Shown here: positions 26,601-35,331 of the stretch, piece after piece
Numbering within the stretch: position 1 is the stretch's first letter
How the letters are laid out: every line of letters starts with the position of its first letter
Origin: a virus
Lineage: Duplodnaviria > Caudoviricetes
Strand: one strand, 5' to 3'
Length of the DNA: 64,000 nt
Virus record (IMG/VR): IMGVR_UViG_3300031454_000241
Coordinates: 61 to 64,060 of that record
Notes under the pieces: model-generated
Database searches by the model: none
Told to the model about the DNA's origin: nothing
Seen by the model: only the letters and a program-made list of their open reading frames with translations
Position numbers and translations under genes: made by a program

Positions 26601-28887
26601 CCGCCGTGTAGGTCCCGGCTGCCTGAATCCAGCCCCAGATGACCCCGGCGACCAGCGTCAGGAAGTCCCACCCGGCGGCAAGGATGCGCCCGGCGGCTGG
26701 CGCCACGACGTTGATGCCCCAGTCGCCCCAGTCGATGGTGCCGTCCCCGGAGCCGGTCGGAATGCCGTCGGGCGATGCCGCGACGGAGCCGACACCGAGC
26801 TTGGTCCGAATCCAGTCCATGATCCCGGTGACGGCATCCCACGCCCAACTGATGGCCGCTTCCCCGACCCCCAGCGCCCACCCGGTCCAGGTCAGGGGCT
26901 CGGTGCTCCCGCCCGTCGGAATCCCGTCAGGACTGGCCGCAAGGCCGCCGCCCGTTCCGATCCCGAGATTCCCCTTGATCCAGTCATAGATGCCGGTGAC
27001 GGCATCCCAGATCCAGGAGATCGCGGCCTCGCCAATACCGAGTGCCCACCCCGTCCAGGTGAGTGGTGCGGTGCTCCCGCCAGTGGGGACGCCGTCCGGA
27101 CTGGCCGTGAGCCCACCGCCGGTGCCGATGCCGAGGTTGCCCTCGATCCAGGACCTGATACCCGTCAGCGCGTCCCACGCCCACGAGATGGCCGCCTCGC
27201 CGATCCCAAGGGCCCAGCCACGCCACGTCAGCGGGACGGCGCTGCCGCCCTCGTTGGCACGGGCCAGCGCCGCGTCGGGGCCGATGCCCAGCTCCCCCTC
27301 GATCCATGAGCGGATGCCCATCGCCGCGTCCCAGACCCAGGCGATAAGTGCCGGTGCCCCGACGTTGATGACCCAGCCACCGAAGGCCAGCGCCATGCCA
27401 GCCAGACCGGCAATGGCATCCAGGACCAGGCCGGGGATCGTCTTGAGCACGCCTGCCAGGCCGTCTTCGGCGAAGGCGTCCTTGAGTTGCGATACGGCCC
27501 CGAGCAGGGGGTTGATGACGTCCTGGAGCGCCGGGAAGGCCATGCCCAACGCTCCGAGTGCTGCGGTGACCGGGTCGAGGCCGTCATCTCGCAGGAGCTG
27601 GAATCCGCTGGTGAAGTCAGCGATCGCGCTGGCAACCGGGTCGATCACCCCGCGCAGTCCTGGGAAGACGTTCGCCAGCGCCCCCAGGGCCGCCTGGACG
27701 GGATCGGCGCCATGAATGCGGAAGAATCGGAAGGCGTCGGTCAGGTCATCAACCGTATCGGTGATCCGCCCGAAGATGTCCTTGATCTTCGATCCGACAT
27801 CCCGGACGGCGTCACCGAATCCGAGGAAGTTGGTCTTGTAGGCGATGCCGAGTCCGACCAGCCCCGCGACGATCAGGCCGATGGGGCCCGTGAAGGCCAG
27901 CATCGCGATCCGGGCGACGCGGAACCCGTTGACCAGCGGACCCATCGCGGCACCGATGCCGATCAGGGCCGGGCCGATGGCGGCGGCGATCCCGGCCACG
28001 ATGACCGTGAGGGTCTTGGCGCGGGGCGACATGTCCTTCAGGACGCCGATGACCTTGCTGAACGCGCCGACCATCTTCATGGCGACGGGCAGCAAGACCT
28101 GCCCGAATTGGGCGCCGACATCCTTGAGTTCGGCCTTGAGGATGCGCTGCTGGTTGGCGAGCCCGCCCGATGTTTCGGTGAAGTCGCCCATCGCCGCGTG
28201 GGCCGACCCGGTCTCACTGGTGAGCTGCGACATGATGAAGCCGGATCGGGCCTGGACGAGCTGGGCGTTGGTCATGGCGGCGTTGCCATCCCAGATGCCG
28301 CTGGTGAGCGCGTACTGCTCCACCGTCGCCTGATTCATGATGATGCCGTAGCGTTCGAGCGCGTCGCCCTCACCCCGGAAGCCGGCGTTGATCGCCGACA
28401 TCGCGTCTTCGGGGCTCGTGTTGTAGAAGCTGGCGAGGTCGGCGGCAGCACTGACGGTCTGATCGGCGAAGGTGGCCGTCTGGCCTTGCGTCAGGCCCAT
28501 CATCTTGCCGTAGGCGGCCAGTTGCGTCGTGGCGCTGAGGTACTGCGTCTGGCTGAGGCCGACCGCCGTGGCGGCCCCCTGGCTGCTCTGGATCACCCCG
28601 GCGGCGGCGGTGCCGTAGACATTGGTGACGGCGTTCAGCGCCTCATTGGTATCCGACGCCATCCCGACGATGCCGACGCCCAGCGCGAGGATCGGGGCCG
28701 TGATGGCGGCGGTCATCCCGGCGCCGACGCCCCGGATCACCTGCCCGGCCGCGCCGATCCGGGCCGCGCCGGTGCTGCTCTGCTGCCCGGTGGCTTCGAC
28801 GGCGTTGCCGACCCCACGCAGGTCAGCCGTGGCCTGCTGAGCACCCTCACTCACAATTTTTATGTTGAGTTGGGAGGCGGTGATCAC
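23617..28887 (-). CDS. Tape measure protein (1756 aa)
   Basis: LNIKIVSEG...DLRGV N-terminus, long Ala/Gly-rich amphipathic repeats, canonical position after the chaperones. Confidence 0.92.
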   Translation of the reverse strand: MITASQLNIKIVSEGAQQATADLRGVGNAVEATGQQSSTGAARIGAAGQVIRGVGAGMTAAITAPILALGVGIVGMASDTNEALNAVTNVYGTAAAGVIQSSQGAATAVGLSQTQYLSATTQLAAYGKMMGLTQGQTATFADQTVSAAADLASFYNTSPEDAMSAINAGFRGEGDALERYGIIMNQATVEQYALTSGIWDGNAAMTNAQLVQARSGFIMSQLTSETGSAHAAMGDFTETSGGLANQQRILKAELKDVGAQFGQVLLPVAMKMVGAFSKVIGVLKDMSPRAKTLTVIVAGIAAAIGPALIGIGAAMGPLVNGFRVARIAMLAFTGPIGLIVAGLVGLGIAYKTNFLGFGDAVRDVGSKIKDIFGRITDTVDDLTDAFRFFRIHGADPVQAALGALANVFPGLRGVIDPVASAIADFTSGFQLLRDDGLDPVTAALGALGMAFPALQDVINPLLGAVSQLKDAFAEDGLAGVLKTIPGLVLDAIAGLAGMALAFGGWVINVGAPALIAWVWDAAMGIRSWIEGELGIGPDAALARANEGGSAVPLTWRGWALGIGEAAISWAWDALTGIRSWIEGNLGIGTGGGLTASPDGVPTGGSTAPLTWTGWALGIGEAAISWIWDAVTGIYDWIKGNLGIGTGGGLAASPDGIPTGGSTEPLTWTGWALGVGEAAISWAWDAVTGIMDWIRTKLGVGSVAASPDGIPTGSGDGTIDWGDWGINVVAPAAGRILAAGWDFLTLVAGVIWGWIQAAGTYTAGEWREWTAKVGWATTVAATAWDFLTNVGGVIWGWITAAGTYTAGEWRDWAATIGWAASTVAAGAWNFLVEAGKTIWGWITSAGHFIASEWNDWTATLGKAATVTTDAIGVAADWLNPHISAFLNGVVLDALNWALSIGVPSNGIGLAADFNWTELAKTLFTGTIHLDPDIQMDIKKLGAKFGSWLNGALEDPATWKLIGIGVAALVAGVFFGPELLLAAGLALILPPAIEAFAAFFEGVFEGLDFGRLMDGLTTQLTDGLADMIDKLVLVLKDADKLGLVPDDLISNLEGWSDDIRGVGDNLGKDFRAAFTGAIAGDDPNRDNPGGTPLPGGGPVTTTGPDPHAGEYPDATASDPKAFRGVPETFGFAGGNIFGAFIEQAKSARTSFADVMTGITTSSDTAKTGVVAALTGMQTDGLPPVAGLSATSLGHLLAMQLGGNAQATAMQGGVSAAMTAMQLAASGSAGLTKDDVSTKLGTMKGTGVGHANALSAQTLSAFANLKMGATVAAGTTSNDVVTKLGTMATGGSAKATELMNNVKDRIRDSGAADTAYSVGYNVGSSLSSGLSAWLGTIQTVASDMIASVDRAMRKKAMISSPSKLFRQTGSYLGEGLVLGFGDWLDAAGQAGSQMISSFQSGVSSLGGFRDIAAAIQSMGNMGAGSGNRFYQGLQGVSRVSGAGTLNETSTTVADTMKVIADHFDAIFQGGEYGSDALTALPTDMMSKLAMALGKVMAPYEGNATVIESAYTALKNLVGDGAVRGAFDLVPDAMERGLVALAKNIRETFANGNLPIATNLYAVLRETNQTILTAMTRQATDFRAQYDANVKAGGPSGSKGAFGFGIANDAMAATLSEAGKQMLRAAGDYQNTYETSTNAGLQRVALDAVKRIGADFGNAGYSYRIFEDGSLVLDAVKALSAAAKAPATIPTSVPTPALPVQAPTSAPVSSSRPQATYTLYQTNNVTVSVKDAEEMVRLSRFVDDLPQAFSLVYGANGGAF
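26280..27400 (-). repeat. Two sets of Trp-rich tandem repeats within the TMP
   Basis: 56-aa (168-bp) unit PLTWxGWALGxGEAAISWxWDA at about 27234/27066/26898; then about 3 copies of WDFL..GGVIWGWI.AAGTYTAGEW. Confidence 0.85.
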
Positions 28888-28892
28888 GGAGA

Positions 28893-29002
28893 AGGCGCCC
28901 TTCGATGCATGCGGTGCTGCTGGTCAGCAGACACTCCACACGCGCTCGAAAGGCGCCTCCCCGTGGGGGTTGGAATGGTCCCAGTATACCGCGTGGCGGC
29001 TA
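28893..29002 (-). promoter_or_regulatory. TAGCCG-N8-TATACT promoter-like motif plus leader hairpin occluding the TMP Shine-Dalgarno
   Basis: TATACT 28983-28988; stem AGGCGCCTTTCGA/TCGAAGGGCGCCT (28893-28958) with apical CTGCT-GACC-AGCAG; the GAAGGG SD lies in the 3' arm, 10 nt before the GTG. Confidence 0.7.
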
Positions 29003-29218
29003 GGCGGCCCGGTCGTGGGCGATCGTGTCGTCGCGGACGGTGAGCCTGTCGTTCATCTCGGTCCAGGTCCCAGCCATCGGATCGTATTGCCAGCGATGGA
29101 ACACCGTGACGCGGCGACCCGGACCCGACGCCAGCGCTCCACAGTCACGGCAGCGGAGTTCGATGATTGGTCCCAGGGCCTTGAGATGGATCCGCCTGGC
29201 GCACCGCAGGTCGGTCAC
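29000..29218 (-). CDS. Small zinc-ribbon (Com-like) protein
   Basis: LRCARRIH...IIELRCRDCG; GGAGG RBS, GTGA-coupled. Confidence 0.6.
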   Translation of the reverse strand: MTDLRCARRIHLKALGPIIELRCRDCGALASGPGRRVTVFHRWQYDPMAGTWTEMNDRLTVRDDTIAHDRAA

Positions 29219-29765
29219 GACGTTCCTCCCTGCTTGTCCTGCGCGGCGGCCCGGGCGTGCTGGATCATCCGCCAGTAGCTGACGTAGTGGGCGGGCCAGT
29301 CATCCAGCGCCATCGGGCTGATGTGGAGCGATTCGGCTAGCAACAGCTCGTCGATCTCTTCGGGATATGGTGCTGACCGACCAGCCTTGACCTCGACCTC
29401 GTAGAACGCGGGGTCCGTGAAGGCCCACGTTACGAGGTCGAGGTCCCCGGGTTTGGGTTGATGGCCCCCGAGATCGCCTCGAACAGGTCCCGTACCGTCT
29501 CCACGCCCAGGTCCTCGATGGTCTCGGACGTCATCGGCAGCGCCTTGCCGTCATCGTCGGTGACGTCCCACGACTCCATCGGCGTGAAGAACAGGTCCGT
29601 CATCCGGTCGATGTCCCCGTTGCTTGTCGCGGCCGCCATGTCCTTCTGGAGGCGGTACGTAAAGCGGTTGACGTCGATCCGGGCCGTGAGGATGTCGCCG
29701 TCCCCGAAGTCGACCACGGCGTCCTTGAGGTTGGTGCGGTTCTTGAGCTTGCTGAGCTTCGGCAT
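29215..29765 (-). CDS. Tail assembly chaperone gpGT-like, via -1 frameshift at C-CCA-AAC (29451-29457)
   Basis: X-XXY-YYZ heptamer in frame near the end of gpG; the -1 frame stays open to a TGA overlapping the next start. Confidence 0.8.
29430..29765 (-). CDS. Tail assembly chaperone gpG-like
   Basis: Directly after the tail tube gene; ESWDVTDDDGKALPMT motif. Confidence 0.8.
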   Translation of the reverse strand: MPKLSKLKNRTNLKDAVVDFGDGDILTARIDVNRFTYRLQKDMAAATSNGDIDRMTDLFFTPMESWDVTDDDGKALPMTSETIEDLGVETVRDLFEAISGAINPNPGTSTS

Positions 29766-29825
29766 CGTGGTGGTCTCCGGTCGCGCTCAGGGCGCGTCGT
29801 CATGGTTGGTGGTGCCAGAGACGAT

Positions 29826-29858
29826 GCACGCGGCGGGAGCACCCCATCCGCCGCGTGC
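29826..29858 (-). terminator. Hairpin after the major tail gene (attenuator or mRNA stabiliser)
   Basis: 11-bp stem GCACGCGGCGG/CCGCCGCGTGC; no clear U-tract. Confidence 0.55.
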
Positions 29859-29864
29859 CGTGGA

Positions 29865-30869
29865 CTACAGGCCAGCGATTGCGTTGACGAGGACCAGCTT
29901 CGAGACGTTCGTCGTCACGTCGTCGACGGCCAGGGTGAAGTCGAACGGGACCGAGACGGCCGGACTGTTCGGAGCGGCGCTGTACTCCCCGATGCTCGTG
30001 ACGCGGACGCAGTAATCGACCACCATGCTGTAGGGCACGGCGCCGGCGATCACCGGACCGATCGACTCGATCCGGATGAACTTCAGGTCGCCGGCGTTGA
30101 AGGTGTTGAGCAGGCCCAGCGCGACGGAATCGAACCCGACCCGCAGGTTGCCGCTGTACTCCGTCGATTCAGCCTCCAGCACTTCCGAGAATGACGACAG
30201 CGCCCGGTTGATCGTCCAGTCGGGCGTGTACTTCTCACCCATCGTCAGGCCGCCCTCGTAGGCCGCCAGCAGCTGCGTGGTGCCGAGCGCGGCCCAGGTG
30301 TTGTCCATGTAGAGGTTGAACTGGCGGCCGGCCATCGGGCGCGTCCCAACGTCCGTGACGGCGGCACCGGTCGGCAGGGCGATGCCGGTCTTCGGCATGT
30401 ACGACATCGCGGAACTGGTCAGCGACAGGGCGCCCCGGGCGATGCTGACCCCGAAAGTGTTGAAGATGAAGTGCGGGAGCTGGAGTGCCTGCACCGCGTC
30501 ACCCCAGAAGCCGGTGAAGGTGACGCGGGGATCGGCCGAATAGGCGTTGAGCAGGAACGTGTGGGTACTCGTCCCGAGGGCAGCCCCGGCCCCGACCACC
30601 GAGGTCGGCGCACCGTAGCCGCCGGTCGCGGTCCAGAGGGCGCCGTTGTAGTCGAGGATCGTGTCGATCCCGATGGTGCCCATCTCGCTGTTCGGGATAC
30701 GGGCGGTGTTGACCTTCGAGCCCGACGCCTTGAAGTCGTCGCCCTCGATCGCGTAGCCGACGGTGCCGCGCAACGACTGGACGCGCTTGAACCCGGTGGT
30801 CGCGGCCGTGCCGGGCGTGGTCTCTCGGGCGAGCATGAGCTGCTGGTTGGTCATCGAACGAGCTGGCAT
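29865..30869 (-). CDS. Major tail (tube) protein
   Basis: LARETTPGTA N-terminus, Gly/Thr-rich beta composition, C-terminal SKLVLVN, position. Confidence 0.85.
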   Translation of the reverse strand: MPARSMTNQQLMLARETTPGTAATTGFKRVQSLRGTVGYAIEGDDFKASGSKVNTARIPNSEMGTIGIDTILDYNGALWTATGGYGAPTSVVGAGAALGTSTHTFLLNAYSADPRVTFTGFWGDAVQALQLPHFIFNTFGVSIARGALSLTSSAMSYMPKTGIALPTGAAVTDVGTRPMAGRQFNLYMDNTWAALGTTQLLAAYEGGLTMGEKYTPDWTINRALSSFSEVLEAESTEYSGNLRVGFDSVALGLLNTFNAGDLKFIRIESIGPVIAGAVPYSMVVDYCVRVTSIGEYSAAPNSPAVSVPFDFTLAVDDVTTNVSKLVLVNAIAGL

Positions 30870-30900
30870 GGCGGTTCTCCTTGTGGCGCGTCAGGTACGG

Positions 30901-31365
30901 CTACGCGCCGCCCCGCAGGCATTCGATGCTGTAGAGGGTGCCGAGTTGCCGGGAGATGTCCCCACCGTCCAGCAGCGTGGTCAGCGGGTACTCACCCAGC
31001 GGCGTGAACGTGACCTGATAGGGCAGGCCGTCCCAGCCGAAGTCGATCGGGCCGACGGACAAGAAGTGATCGAGCTGGGCGATGGCGGCGTCCCGGATCG
31101 GCGTGGTGTCCTCCCCGGCACAGATCAGCCGAACCGCGAACCGCATGGTCTCGGACGTGATCTCACCGTCGTAGCGCCCGATGGCCTCGGTCGGGTAGGC
31201 GCTCTGCTCCGGGTGGAACAGGAGGAACGGCGCGGTGTAGGCCGTGGGCGCCACCATCAGGCCGTGGATGCGCGAGCCGACCGCCGCCGTGACCGCCGGG
31301 ATGCCCGACAGTTCGCGGTAGAGCAGGGCGCTGACGATCTCGGTCCCGAACATGGCGCCGCTCAT
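30901..31365 (-). CDS. Tail terminator / completion protein
   Basis: Synteny; VGSRIHGLMVAP...APFLLF pattern. Confidence 0.7.
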   Translation of the reverse strand: MSGAMFGTEIVSALLYRELSGIPAVTAAVGSRIHGLMVAPTAYTAPFLLFHPEQSAYPTEAIGRYDGEITSETMRFAVRLICAGEDTTPIRDAAIAQLDHFLSVGPIDFGWDGLPYQVTFTPLGEYPLTTLLDGGDISRQLGTLYSIECLRGGA

Positions 31366-31368
31366 GGC

Positions 31369-31704
31369 CTAGCCCTCCACCAGCCGACTCAGGTCGGCCT
31401 CGATGCCCGGCGCCGCCGCGTCCAGACCCATCCGGGCGAACGGGCGAGCAGGCATTCGTGAGGTGCCCTCGTGCACAAAAATCGAGTACTCCATATTGAA
31501 CGTCAGGGTGGCCGTGTGGTTGCCCGGCGTCGCATAGTCCGTGGTCCGGTTGTTCCGCAGGGCGCCGGTCAACACCGGGACCAGCGGGACCGCCGCCGCC
31601 TCGGCCAGCAAGATGCCCCGGTTGATGATGTCCACGACACGGGCATCGATCTGCCCGGCGATTTTTGGCAGGTGATTGAAGATCACCCCGACATCGGCGC
31701 TCAC
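31369..31704 (-). CDS. HK97 gp10-like neck protein
   Basis: VPVLTGALRN, YSIFVHEGTSRMPARPF motifs. Confidence 0.85.
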   Translation of the reverse strand: MSADVGVIFNHLPKIAGQIDARVVDIINRGILLAEAAAVPLVPVLTGALRNNRTTDYATPGNHTATLTFNMEYSIFVHEGTSRMPARPFARMGLDAAAPGIEADLSRLVEG

Positions 31705-31958
31705 GTCGCGTCCCCCGCCGGAACGTCGGCCACGGGCGTCGACTCTGTTGCCGGAGCGGTCGCCTTCGGGGCGACCTTCCGTCTGGTCGGTGGCTTCGAG
31801 GTGGCGGGTGCCTCGTAGTCCGATCCATCGGTGTGCCCGACGACCTTGTAGGACGGGTAGAGTCGGTCCGCGACCGCGACGCTCGGCAGGCCGAAGCGCG
31901 ATCCCTTGACCGCCGTGCCGTGGTCCCTGGTCAGCTCGATGACGATGTCCTTGCTCAT
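31701..31958 (-). CDS. Small hypothetical virion-associated protein
   Basis: GTGA-coupled, in the neck operon. Confidence 0.55.
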   Translation of the reverse strand: MSKDIVIELTRDHGTAVKGSRFGLPSVAVADRLYPSYKVVGHTDGSDYEAPATSKPPTRRKVAPKATAPATESTPVADVPAGDAT

Positions 31959-31968
31959 GGGCTACTCC

Positions 31969-32253
31969 CTAGCTCTCGTGCGGCTTGTCGTAGCCTTCGA
32001 CGCCCTGCTCAACGCGGTTGAGCGTACGCTTGAGCAACCACAAGTTGGCCTCTTCCAGGTGCGTGATCGCGAGGCTATTTTCCCGACAGCGGAACGGTCC
32101 TTCATTGAAGCCGCGGAGCCGGTCGATCAACAGGTCGATCAACAGGTCGATGTGTCCACCGTTGACGCCAGCCTCCTGAATCGGCCCTTCCTGAAACTTG
32201 ATGTCGATGTACTGAAGACGCTCTTGCTTGTTCCCGGGTAGGTACTTGTCCAT
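31969..32253 (-). CDS. tad1: Tad1-like anti-defence nucleotide-signal sponge (Thoeris/CBASS)
   Basis: IKFQEGP...DRLRGFNEGPFRCRENSLAITHLEEANLWLLKRTLNRVEQGVEG aligns essentially without gaps to the Tad1 core as I recall it (IKFQKG...[29 protein letters not shown]..R...R..R.V.G). Confidence 0.8.
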   Translation of the reverse strand: MDKYLPGNKQERLQYIDIKFQEGPIQEAGVNGGHIDLLIDLLIDRLRGFNEGPFRCRENSLAITHLEEANLWLLKRTLNRVEQGVEGYDKPHES

Positions 32254-32257
32254 CGTG

Positions 32258-32680
32258 TTATCCCTTCTCTTCCAGTTGGGCCGTGGCGAAGGCGGCGAAG
32301 TGGCCGCCCTTCTCCACGCCGGTGATCGCGAATGACCGTCCATTGACCCGGATCGTGTCTTTCGTTGTGGCAACGGTCGCGAATGGAAGCGTCAGCGTGT
32401 AGGACGACGATGGGCCGATGGCCTCGGCTTGCACCGTCTCTCCCGCATCACGATTCGGCACGGCAAGATCGCCCATGCCGGTCTCCACGACCACGTCCGC
32501 GAACGACCTGGTACCGGAGCCCGTTTGGGTTGGCACCCGGCGAATGAGTTCGTAAGCGTCCTTGTGGGTGGCCGCGCCGATCGTCTGCTGGGTCACGACA
32601 CCCTGATCCTTGACCCCAGCCAAGAGTCGGGCGACCGATGGCGGTATGAGCGACTTCGGCGGCAGGAACGGCGCTACCAT
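32258..32680 (-). CDS. Head closure (stopper) protein
   Basis: Synteny; ATTKDTIRVNGRSFAITGV beta-barrel pattern. Confidence 0.75.
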   Translation of the reverse strand: MVAPFLPPKSLIPPSVARLLAGVKDQGVVTQQTIGAATHKDAYELIRRVPTQTGSGTRSFADVVVETGMGDLAVPNRDAGETVQAEAIGPSSSYTLTLPFATVATTKDTIRVNGRSFAITGVEKGGHFAAFATAQLEEKG

Positions 32681-33150
32681 CGGGACGACCAGTCGGCGTA
32701 CTCATCGGTCGGCACGGTGCCGCCCGACCAGTCCAGCTCGATCGCGCCGATGCCGGGGCCGGGCGTGACCGCGTCGGCCCCGATCCCGCCGCTGACCGCC
32801 GCGTCGCCCGCGAGGAACACGGCCCGGAGCCGCGCTTCCTCGATGAGCTGACCGACCTGCGCCTGCGACTGCGAAAGCCGGTAGGAGTCGCCGCCGGTCG
32901 AGACGTCGAACCGGAGCGCGATCTTGCGCCGCACCCGGAGCAACGTGAAGTACTCGGCCAGCGCGGTGTAAGCGGCTTCCCGCCCCAACGCATCGGTCTC
33001 CGGGATCGTGACGAACGCCATGGCGGAATCGGTCGCGTCCAGCGGGATGCCGAGCCCGGCCGGAACGTCTTCGGGCGGCATGCCAGCCGTCGCGAGGACA
33101 TCGTCAAGGACCACGCTCACGTACACGGCCGCGTCCTGCCGGAGCGCCAT
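32674..33150 (-). CDS. Head-tail adaptor protein
   Basis: Synteny; RFDVSTGGDSYRLSQ motif. Confidence 0.7.
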   Translation of the reverse strand: MALRQDAAVYVSVVLDDVLATAGMPPEDVPAGLGIPLDATDSAMAFVTIPETDALGREAAYTALAEYFTLLRVRRKIALRFDVSTGGDSYRLSQSQAQVGQLIEEARLRAVFLAGDAAVSGGIGADAVTPGPGIGAIELDWSGGTVPTDEYADWSSRW

Positions 33151-33152
33151 GG

Positions 33153-33707
33153 CTAGCTGGCCTCCTTCACTGCTGTGATCGCGTCGATGACCGCCGCCTT
33201 GTTCGGCAACTTGTCAGGCGCGTCGATGCCGAGGCCGGCGGCCATCGCATCGAGCTCGTCGCGAGTCATGGCGGTCAGGTCCGGTACGGGATCGGGGGCC
33301 GGGGCGATGACGGCGACGATGGCTTCGAGGTTCCTTGCGACGGCATCAGCAAGTGCCTCACGTCGTTCCACGAGTGAGGCGTCGGTCGAGTAGGTCACGC
33401 CGGCCATGTCGGAGAGGCCAGCGTGCTCACTGAGCGCCACGAGCGCGACGCGAACGCGCTCATCGGTCGCGTCCAACGCTTCGATCAGTTCAGGCGACTG
33501 GTCCGGGACAGCGGCGACCAGTCGTTCCAGCGTGTCGGCCAACGCCTCGGTGGCGAGGATGGCGCGGAACTCCGCGTCCGCCACACGGGGCGGTTTGAGG
33601 TCATCGGCGGGATCGAGGCCGAATCGCTCGGAAAGCGTGTGGACGGCCGCCGCCAGCCGGGCATCCCCGGTGGCGTGGCGCGTCACGTTGGCATCAAAGG
33701 TCGCCAT
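33153..33707 (-). CDS. Hypothetical protein with C-terminal HeH/Rho-N-like helical motif
   Basis: DLTAMTRDELDAMAAGLGIDAPDKLPNKAAVIDAI; follows the capsid gene. Confidence 0.65.
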   Translation of the reverse strand: MATFDANVTRHATGDARLAAAVHTLSERFGLDPADDLKPPRVADAEFRAILATEALADTLERLVAAVPDQSPELIEALDATDERVRVALVALSEHAGLSDMAGVTYSTDASLVERREALADAVARNLEAIVAVIAPAPDPVPDLTAMTRDELDAMAAGLGIDAPDKLPNKAAVIDAITAVKEAS

Positions 33708-33719
33708 CTCTCAGCCTCC

Positions 33720-34808
33720 CTAGTTGGACCGGGCGTAGCCGGCGGGGACGGCGTAGGCCGCGTTGCCGACCCGCGTGATGACGGCACCGACCCGGTTCCA
33801 GGCGCCGAAGCCGGCGTACCGGTCGTACTGGGCCTCCCAGTACGGGTGGTCCTCCCGGATAGCCCGGCGGAAGAAGCCCTGAAGGCCGGTCTCCGGGTCC
33901 TGCCGCATGGCCAGCGGAGCCGGGCCAGCGGTCGGCAGCGACAGGATGTAATCCCCCGCGGCGACGTCGTTGAGCCCCTCGTACCGGGCGATCCAGACAC
34001 GAGCGCCCCGCAGGTACCCCCTGATCTCCCCGAACGGCACCGCCGGAGCGGAGCCCGTGAGCCGGTCGACCGTGATGCTCGACGTGATGTTCGGGTCGAC
34101 GAACTCGGTATAGCCGGCCAACCCCTCGATTGCGGGCAGCAGATCGTCCGAGACGAAGCAGACGACCGACCCGCTATTCTCCGGATGCTCCAGCAGTTCC
34201 TTGCGAATGCCGGTGAACGGGTTATTGACATCCGAGATCGTCCCGGCAATGGCCTGGAGGTGGTTGTCGGTCGCGGCCCCGGCGGACGAATTGACCAGAT
34301 ACTGATCGGTGTCCCCATTGGCGAGCGGCTTGACGGACAGCGATCCGTGCTCCTCGTCGACGAAGGTGTACGGTGCATCGGCGAAGAACGCCGACAGGAA
34401 CTCAAACCGGAGCCAGTTGAGATCGCTGTTGGTCATGTCGGCGATCGTGTCGTTGATGTCCTGAACGGTGCGCTTCTGGCGGGCGCGATAGGTCCCGGCC
34501 ACCGCGTCCGCGCCGCCGAGGAGTGGCAGGCCGACGGAGTATTCGGTCCCGACCGGCTTACGACGGGGAATGGCCCGACCGTACTCATCGATCGGCTGAA
34601 GCGATCCGCTCCGGGCGCCGGTCTTGTAGAGCTTCAGGTAGTCGGTGGTGACCAGCGACAGGCGGTTCAGCAGTTCGTTGGTCGTGCGGTTGTGCTCGCC
34701 GAGCGCGACGTCGACCGCCTCGTTGACGACCTGGATGTTGCGTGGATCGGCGGCAAGCTGATCTACCCGGTCAGCGATTCGATGAAAGCCGTACAGCAGA
34801 TCGGCCAT
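33720..34808 (-). CDS. Major capsid protein
   Basis: 362 aa after scaffold and decoration genes; GAGAGG RBS; composition and position. Confidence 0.8.
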   Translation of the reverse strand: MADLLYGFHRIADRVDQLAADPRNIQVVNEAVDVALGEHNRTTNELLNRLSLVTTDYLKLYKTGARSGSLQPIDEYGRAIPRRKPVGTEYSVGLPLLGGADAVAGTYRARQKRTVQDINDTIADMTNSDLNWLRFEFLSAFFADAPYTFVDEEHGSLSVKPLANGDTDQYLVNSSAGAATDNHLQAIAGTISDVNNPFTGIRKELLEHPENSGSVVCFVSDDLLPAIEGLAGYTEFVDPNITSSITVDRLTGSAPAVPFGEIRGYLRGARVWIARYEGLNDVAAGDYILSLPTAGPAPLAMRQDPETGLQGFFRRAIREDHPYWEAQYDRYAGFGAWNRVGAVITRVGNAAYAVPAGYARSN

Positions 34809-34839
34809 GGATGTTCCTCTCCCTCGGGCATCACCCGGA

Positions 34840-35283
34840 CTAGAGCGTGACCTTCAGGAGCTTGCTCATCGGGGCGTTGGGCACATCGCCGCGGACACCG
34901 AAGACGTACCCGATCACCGTCGAGACGGTGCCCGCGGCATCCGCGACCCGGCCCGCCGTGTTGGACAGGTAGACCGCGGCGCCATAAGCCATAGCGTCGA
35001 GGTTGTGGCCCTCGATGGTTCCGCGGCTCACGATGGTGACGGCCTGGTTGGCCGCGACCGTCTTGAGGGCGATGCCCTTGGCGGCGGCGTTGGGGGCCGT
35101 GGTGGCAAGGGCGTTCAGGACCTTGCCGGTCGCGCTGTCGATCCGGACGGGCGCGCCCTCGGTGATGGCCTCACCCGAGAGCCCGCTGAACTGGTCGACC
35201 GGACGCTCGCCGACGTGGATCGCCGGCTTGGTAGACGTCGTCAGCGTGGGATAGCTGACGGTTCGGACCGCGATGTCGGCCAT
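34840..35283 (-). CDS. Capsid decoration/cement protein (DUF2190-like)
   Basis: SGEAITEGAPV...AKGIALKTVAANQAVTIVSRG motif. Confidence 0.75.
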   Translation of the reverse strand: MADIAVRTVSYPTLTTSTKPAIHVGERPVDQFSGLSGEAITEGAPVRIDSATGKVLNALATTAPNAAAKGIALKTVAANQAVTIVSRGTIEGHNLDAMAYGAAVYLSNTAGRVADAAGTVSTVIGYVFGVRGDVPNAPMSKLLKVTL

Positions 35284-35331
35284 GGTGTCTCCTTGGTCTC
35301 ATGATCCCCATGACCGACCAGCGGTCCGGAG

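Noticed and set aside
32118-32152. 12-bp tandem repeat (IDLLIDLLID) in the Tad1-like gene
   Set aside because: It aligns without gaps to the corresponding Tad1 helix, so it is a coincidental or benign micro-duplication.
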